DNA of 57,818 nucleotides, the filler included, from Basidiobolus ranarum (lineage: Eukaryota): NCBI GenBank assembly GCA_040143965.1. It is 4 parts of 4 records of this genome, joined end to end, with 100 filler letters (N's around TTAATTAATTAA, not from the genome) between each part and the next. Parts side by side here need not be neighbours in the genome. Positions count along the whole stretch, not along the records: positions 43,471 to 57,818 come from JASJQH010007304.1; 3 more parts are not named here. One strand, 5' to 3'. A program made the position numbers and the translations under genes. Numbering within the stretch: the stretch's first letter is position 1; each line of letters begins with the position of its first letter. Below the pieces are notes generated by a model. It made no database searches, had not been told where the DNA came from, and was given only the letters and a program-made list of their open reading frames with translations. Positions 51,399-57,818 of this stretch are shown here, piece by piece.

Positions 51399-51785
51399 AT
51401 GCGTTTCTCTACCTTCGCCATCTTATCTATTGCCATCGTATCTTCTTCTTACATGCTTGCTGTCGAAACTGCTCCATTTGAGATCACCGCAGTCATGAGA
51501 AATCAGCCTGATAACACCATGACTACAGCTAAGGGTATCGAGTCCGTCGAAACTGTTCCATCTATGGACCAAGCTGATGTTACACCATCTCTTACGGAGA
51601 ATATCACTCCCGTGATGAAGGAAAATGGTGAACCCATTGCTAAGCAGGAAGCTCCAGGATTTCGCAAATCATTGAAGGAGAAGTTTGGCACAATGCTTCA
51701 GAATATGGAAAAGAAGGTGTTCTCAACAAAGAAGGAAGCCGGTGAGGAAACCCCAAAATCTGTCTGGATGAACAGAAGATCATAA
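51399..51785 (+). CDS. Small secreted protein, short paralog of 49435-50583
   Basis: 'MRFSTFAILSIAIVSSSYMLAVETAPFE..MRNQPDN' and C-terminal 'KFGTMLQNMEKKVFS..E.GEE...S.W' match the long paralog. Confidence 0.85.
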   Translation: MRFSTFAILSIAIVSSSYMLAVETAPFEITAVMRNQPDNTMTTAKGIESVETVPSMDQADVTPSLTENITPVMKENGEPIAKQEAPGFRKSLKEKFGTMLQNMEKKVFSTKKEAGEETPKSVWMNRRS

Positions 51786-52321
51786 GAGTCTATACAACAA
51801 ATAACTTTCCATTGACTCGAATTAGTGGGGATTATATCGAGTGAGCGCTGTAAATAAGAACTGGAACTAGAACTGGATATTAGAATATGATAAGTTATAA
51901 ACCGAAATGACACGTGCAACGATGTGATGTGACTGTTTCTTGGTGTGCTATTACCTTAAACTATGCTGGAGCTCTGGGAAACATCGCAGAAGGTATCACT
52001 TCATTGCACGATGATCTACTAAAAAATACAAAAGATGGATACTCACCATTCACCCAAATGATAACTAAACAAATCACATGTGTAAACTGTAAGCCGATTA
52101 TGCCAGTTGCTAAGCATAGAATAAATTGAGTGATTATCTATTTTCATATCAGATGAAGTTTTAATGAAAAGGTGTCTGTGCATAAGTTTCTTCCAGTATG
52201 CTCATCTGTACATGAAGCAATGAGCATAGAAGGACGCAGATAGCAAATAGCCAGCATTATTTACGTGTAAGACTGAATGGTTTGTTTATGAAAAGATTTT
52301 AAGAATATTCGTAGATAGAAT

Positions 52322-53549
52322 TTACAGGGTGGGAACTTTGCCGGTGATCTTGGTATATGCCTCGATATACTTATTTAGGGTATTTTGAATGACATCCTCG
52401 GGTAATTCAATGGGTGTTTTCTTGTCATAATTAATGCTCAACAAGTAGTCACGGAGATATTGTTTATCAAAGCTATAGACAAATACTTAGTAACAACCAC
52501 ACAAAATGGATCTATTTTCTGTTTCAAATTACCTGTCTTGTCCTCTACCAGCCTCATATTTGTCTAATGGCCAGAAGCGGGAAGAGTCTGGTGTAAGAAC
52601 TTCATCAGCCAATATAAGATTACCCTCTTCGTCGGCTCCGAATTCAAACTTGGTATCGGCGATTATGATACCACGCTCGTAGGCATAATCTCTAGCTTTC
52701 ACGTAAAGCTTGATGGCTGCCTCCTCCATAGCTTTAGCGTTTGCTTCGCCAATGATTCCAGCAACTAAATCGATTAATGCATTAATATAGTTCCTGGGTA
52801 TCCAACGATTAACAAATAGATTTACCTTTGCTGGGATGAATGTTTTCATCTATTTATGGCGTAAAGGAAGAATGTAAGCAATTGTAATGAAACTTATAAA
52901 CTAGATGGTATTTACCATGATCTCCGTAATCAGCTTTGGTAGATGGAGTGAACAATGGTTTCTCCAAAACTTGGCTTTCAGATAAGCCTTCAGGTAGCTT
53001 GATATCACATACGGTACCCTGTTTCTGGTACTCTACCCAGCCAGAACCTATTTCGGGTAAATGAAAAAGCCAGTTAGGAAAAAGTCACCACACGAAGCTT
53101 GGTTGAAAACGTACCAGAGATGTAACCACGAACAATAGCTTCAATTGGGTGAATTTTTAAACTCTTGACTAATAAACAACGACCCTCTAATTGATCACGA
53201 TATTGCTTGACTATGTCGGGCATTTTCTCAAAGTCGGTAGTCAACAAGTGGTTGGGAAGGACATCTTTCAAGAAATCAAACCAGAAGTTGCTAAGTTGTG
53301 TAAGAATTTTACCCTTACCAGGGATAGGCTAGAGTAAAGAAAGCGAATAAAAACTTAAGTCAACAGGAAATATCAGAGCCGGTTAATCTTTGGTAAAATA
53401 CTCACGTTCTTCATAATAACATCGAACGCACTAATTCTGTCAGTAGCAACAAAAAGAATAGTTTTTTCGTCAACACGATAAACATCTCTGACCTTGCCTC
53501 TAGCAAGAAGCTTCAAGTCAGGACATTCGCTGTTTAATAGAGCGGCCAT
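52322..53549 (-). CDS. ADE1: SAICAR synthetase
   Basis: Six exons (53549-53406, 53328-53115, 53047-52916, 52849-52826, 52764-52533, 52472-52322). Motifs 'GKVRDVY', 'TDRISAFD', 'IEAIVRGY', 'ADTKFEFG' and '[12 protein letters not shown]'. Confidence 0.97.
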
Positions 53550-54260
53550 AGTGTAGAGAGGATAACGAGTGGACAGGTAAAGTAAGGACAACACGCGGGG
53601 ATAGCGGTGCCTTTTGTATTACCCATTCAAAAAAAAGCCAAAAATCAACTCTGGAAAGTACAATGCTCAATTCAAAAATTTTCTTTCGACGTGGTGCTTT
53701 GTACTGTGTACAAGCAGACGCATTAAGATTCTGGTTTTACCACGGTCACCTAATTTGTGAAATATATATCTAATTGTACAGTCTAAGGAGTGCGATCAAT
53801 AGCCGCATTGTAAACCCTTGCCCTATTTGGTAAATCCAGGTAATTCTCCACCAACCGTAGGAAATTATTATGTCGCGATTTCGCTTATCTTGATCAGTAG
53901 AATGATAAGATATCATATCATATCAAATCAAATCCTCATCTGTAATCTTGTTCTGATTGAGTTACAACGGATTAGAACAATATTGTATTTAAGATTTAGC
54001 AAATATCTACAGAAAATCATAATTCCGTTTGTTCTCAATAATCAACGCGAAGGGTTAGAGGTTGAGGAAGGTGATTAAGTTGTTTAGATTGAGTAAAGGT
54101 TAGATGGTGGCTTTAAGTGCACATGATTGCTAGTTATTGGTGTGCATTCATATCAAAATGCTTAATATATACAGACATGAATTATAAGGGATTGGTAAGC
54201 GTACCCAATGCTAGATTTGCTGGCTTTATCGTGATAATTAGAGTTACTAGGTGTTTAGCG

Positions 54261-56297
54261 TTAACGCAGTTTTGCCACAAGAAAACCCAATACTGCTGCT
54301 GCTGCCACACCACCAGCAATTCCGAAAGCAAGCTCGTTGGATAACGATGGTTTTGATAGCGAGGCTTCTGGCTCAGGTAGAGTCGGCGAGCTATCAGAGA
54401 TACTGATATCAGGTGAGTTTACTCTCCAAGGATCCTTAGGTAGAACTAGAACCACAAGTCTGCTCATTCCTTGTGCTCTCGACATTTCTACTGCATCTTC
54501 AAGCTCCTCATCAGTAGTTAGAACTACAAGGTCTTGTTCATCGTCGATATAAGCTGTCTCAAAATTCACCATTTCAAGTTTGTCCTTTATTTTGCTGTGA
54601 AGTGCTGCCAGGTCATTTGCTTCACCAACCACTCTATGCACCTTTTCCTCTTCCTCTGGGACTCCATGCACTCGTAGTTTGAACATAAACATCCCTGAGT
54701 GTAGTAAACGTGAGGATATCATTACAGTGGATTTGGATTCATTATGAGTTAGAATTGAGGCTGAGTCATGCGGGTATAACTCAGATCCTTTTGGTGTATT
54801 TAGCAAGTGTGATTCCAAAATATCTGGCGAGCTTTCAATTTCTTCCATGGCCTCTGGTTCCTGGGTAAAGATTGATGCAGCGTGGGGAACTCCCGAGGTG
54901 ACAACTGATTGCGAGTCATCGTCTTGGAAGGAGTTAAAAAGTTTACTCCAAATCGTGTCACCATTATTTTCGGAGCGTTCATGTTCCATGCTGTTCAGCT
55001 AAACATTAAAGTCAAGCAATGAGTTTTATCATCGCAAATGACATCAAGTACGATGTATATACTTACCGCTTCAAGTGTAGCATATGTCAACTTGAGAACA
55101 TCCAGCATTCCTACAACGTCCCCATCTTCACTCACAACTGGCAGATTCATAAAATGACCCTCTATTGATCAACAAGAGCAATATTTAATCTCTATATCAT
55201 GAACAGTTTCTTGAGTTAACGTACCATTCATTTTCTTGAGAGCATCTACAATGGTCATATCTAGTGGTGCACAGTCTGGATGCGGTGTCATTACTCGAAC
55301 AACACTACAGTTCGAAGGGTCTAATCCGGCCGCTATAACTCTCAGTACAATATCCTTGGTGGTGAATATTCCGACGATTTGATTTTCCTCAGTTACCAAT
55401 ACAGCAGTGGACTTCTCTTTTTTCATCAACTTTGCTGCATCTCTGACACTGGTCTTCGGGGTTACTTCTGGTGGCTGCAGTCCATCAATCAGGGTGGCCA
55501 AAGTAGGACACGCGATTTTTTCTTTTAGCAATTCCATGAACTGAAGCATCGATAAAGTCATGGTTGAATTGGCTATTGGCCATTCTTTCCCCACTCCTTC
55601 CAATGCCTCCATCAATTTCTTACTGTTGCTATAAGTTCGATCCATCTTTTTCAACACCTCTAGTAAGCATTTTGTTATATCCAATAAACCCATTACATCT
55701 CCTTCCAGATCGCAAACTGGCAAATGTCGAAATCCCTTTGTTGTCATGGTATTTAATGCTTCAATAGCATTTGTATCGCTGGTGACACAAAGTGGCTGAC
55801 GAGTCATGATTTCGCTTACTTTGGTATTTCGTGAATCCACACCTTCACTGATTACTTTGTAAGCTAAATCTACTGAGGTAAATATACCACTCAGATGCTC
55901 TTCCTCATCCACCACCAACACACTATCCATACGTTTAGCTGCCATTAATTGTGCCGCCTCAGTTACTAAAATATTCTCTTTAACCGTTAGTGCCTTTTGT
56001 GGTCTTAAACTAGACACCGTTCCTGAGCCCCGATGGCTCTTGGATGGCTGAGATTTAATACTTTTTTTACGGGATAATTCTTGTTCGACTTTTTTACGGA
56101 TTGCCTATAAAGAGAATATAAAAATATCAATTTAACTTAGTTCAAACATAATACTATCTTGATATGTTTACCTCATCTCTTTTGGAAACTCTTCTTCGAG
56201 CTTTTGTACTCCTAGCTGTTTCAGTTAGCGAAAGATTATCAGGACTAGTGGTGGTTGCTTGATGATTAGAACGTCTTGATATTGAACGATAAGTCAT
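54261..56297 (-). CDS. CBS-pair + PB1 domain protein with C-terminal membrane anchor (Mug70-like)
   Basis: Multi-exon. 'KRDEAIRKKVEQELSRKK', four CBS repeats ('GIFT', 'GFRHLPV', 'VMTPHPD'), PB1 'YIDDEQDLVVLTTDEEL', and a hydrophobic tail. Confidence 0.9.
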
Positions 56298-57035
56298 TTT
56301 TCCAATTTATTTTAGGTAACTGGACGCTTTCTTGAGAGGAGGTGTAAGTGAATATGAAATAAGAGTTTGAGGGGAAGGGTGAATAGCCCACACCTGTTAG
56401 ATACACCCTCAAGAGAATATTATTGATATTAGCTAAACTACACTATTTACAAGTGGCTAAAAGGTGTAACCAGACTTGGGGGATTAAGGTAAGTAGCGAA
56501 GAGTAACAAAGTCAAGCGAAAGAGAGGTAAAGAAGGGAAAATCTATGTAGTAGATATATGCCTACTGATTAACAAAACCCCGCGCAGGATCAGGTGAGGT
56601 GAGGTGAGCATAGGTGCCTCCCACTTACTAGTAAGATACAACAAAGAATAACTATGAAACTCCAGAAATTCGGGATATTCCCAGTCCTCTAAAGGAGATA
56701 TTATTGCAGGGATTCCCAACAATGTAATGATTCGGCTGCATCTGGCTCTATTCATCATTGTACTATTGACTTTCTTCCCTTACACTTACTATCTAACCGG
56801 AAGATTTTGCCAAGCCACCAATGGGTGAGATGTTACGAATGAAGGCTAGCGAGCATTTCTTGGAGATACAACATATTCAGCATGAAACAAAAGAACATTC
56901 ATTGATGTATGATAAGAAGAATATTATTAATCGAGAATAGGATTGTTAAAAATCAAAAGCATTTGGGCATCAATCCTAATATATCATTGCAGCGAGATTG
57001 TAGCTGAATACATAGCGATCGAAGTCTAACAAACT

Positions 57036-57800
57036 TCAAGAAAATAAAGGCTTTACTGCGTCTAGAAAGCTGCTTTCAAACGCGCTTTCTGAGAATTTAG
57101 AGACGACAGATTTTCTGGCATTCTCTTGAATGCGAATACGTTCAGCATGAGACATATCCAAGATACGATGAACAGATTCAGCGAATTCTTCTTTTTCTTG
57201 CGCCAAAAATCCTGATTTGAAATTGCAAATGAGACCATTATCAAGCTGTAGTAGATATATAAACGTCCAAGTTACCTGTAATCTCGTCTTCATGATTTAC
57301 GACAATATCCATTTTTGGACCACCTGAGTTGTTAGCCACAGGAATTAATCCAGCTGCCTGTATAGGTCAAAGAGCTAAAAATTATGGCGCTACAGAGAGT
57401 TTAAGACTAAAACATAAATACCATGTATTCGACAATGCTGATTCCAAAATGCTCATGATTCATTGTGTGTAAACCGATCAGTGATCTTGACAAGTAGCCC
57501 ACTAATGTATCATAAGATGCATTAATAATGAACTCGACTTGTGCCTAAACGAAAGCAAGGATATGTAAATCAATCAGTAGGCGAGTTGGTAAGTTGATAG
57601 CCCAAATTGCCAACCTGAACTTCCAGTTCTACAGCCTTGTTCTTCAGCTTTTGAATCCGTTCCTCATCCTCTTCATTGCGACTACTCCCTATTAAGACAA
57701 GTCGAACACTTTCTTCACCTCTGGCATATTTTGGATAACGATCAATCAGCTCCTTCATCATATCCAACTGTAGTCCGTGGTTCTTCTCCGGCCTTCAATG
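57036..57800 (-). CDS. ALG11: Alpha-1,2-mannosyltransferase, 3' part (gene extends beyond the window)
   Basis: Motifs 'RPEKNH', '[12 protein letters not shown]', '[18 protein letters not shown]' and '[19 protein letters not shown]'. Confidence 0.9.
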
Positions 57801-57818
57801 AAAATAAAGAAATATTAT

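Larger units (their letters stand above)
49060..52170. repeat. Large inverted duplication (arms ~49060-50770 and ~51230-52170)
   Basis: Promoter, signal peptide, C-terminus and 3' flank are all mirrored. 49075-49237 is identical by eye to the reverse complement of 51993-52155. Confidence 0.92.

Noticed and set aside
51914-52129. Twin ORFs 49101-49307 and 51914-52129 with nearly identical peptides
   Set aside because: They have non-ATG starts and no recognisable motif; the identity simply follows from the inverted repeat.
49060-52170. Pack-MULE or foldback transposon interpretation of the inverted repeat
   Set aside because: No sharp termini or TSD, homology continues through the genes and promoters, and CpGs are retained.

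Overview
This is a eukaryotic, intron-containing window that looks like an early-diverging fungus (Zoopagomycota/Mucoromycota-like; the taxon is an inference). It holds about 15 host genes: a 7TM GPCR, an alpha-arrestin, HIS5, an F-box/LRR protein, a cytochrome P450, a mitochondrial phosphate carrier, a GPI-type wall protein, an Ngl/Angel-type EEP nuclease, calcineurin B, a GIGYF-like GYF protein, two paralogous secreted proteins, ADE1, a CBS-PB1 protein and partial ALG11. These are interrupted by two CpG-depleted transposon nests (~12.4-29.9 kb and ~41.2-44.1 kb) made of Ty1/copia elements of at least three LTR families, a PIF/Harbinger-type element and a CACTA/EnSpm element. Three 100-base assembly gaps carry a TTAATTAATTAA linker. 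The three most interesting observations are: (1) a 282-bp solo LTR with a perfect 5-bp TSD that carries a tRNA-Pro-like Pol III gene; (2) a ~3.1-kb inverted duplication holding two divergent secreted-protein genes of no family I recognise, one with a 26-aa/52-aa higher-order repeat expansion, whose 3' non-coding flanks are more similar than their coding regions; (3) a perfect 35-bp duplication that overrides the stop codon of the phosphate carrier. All calls were made by eye, without database searches.
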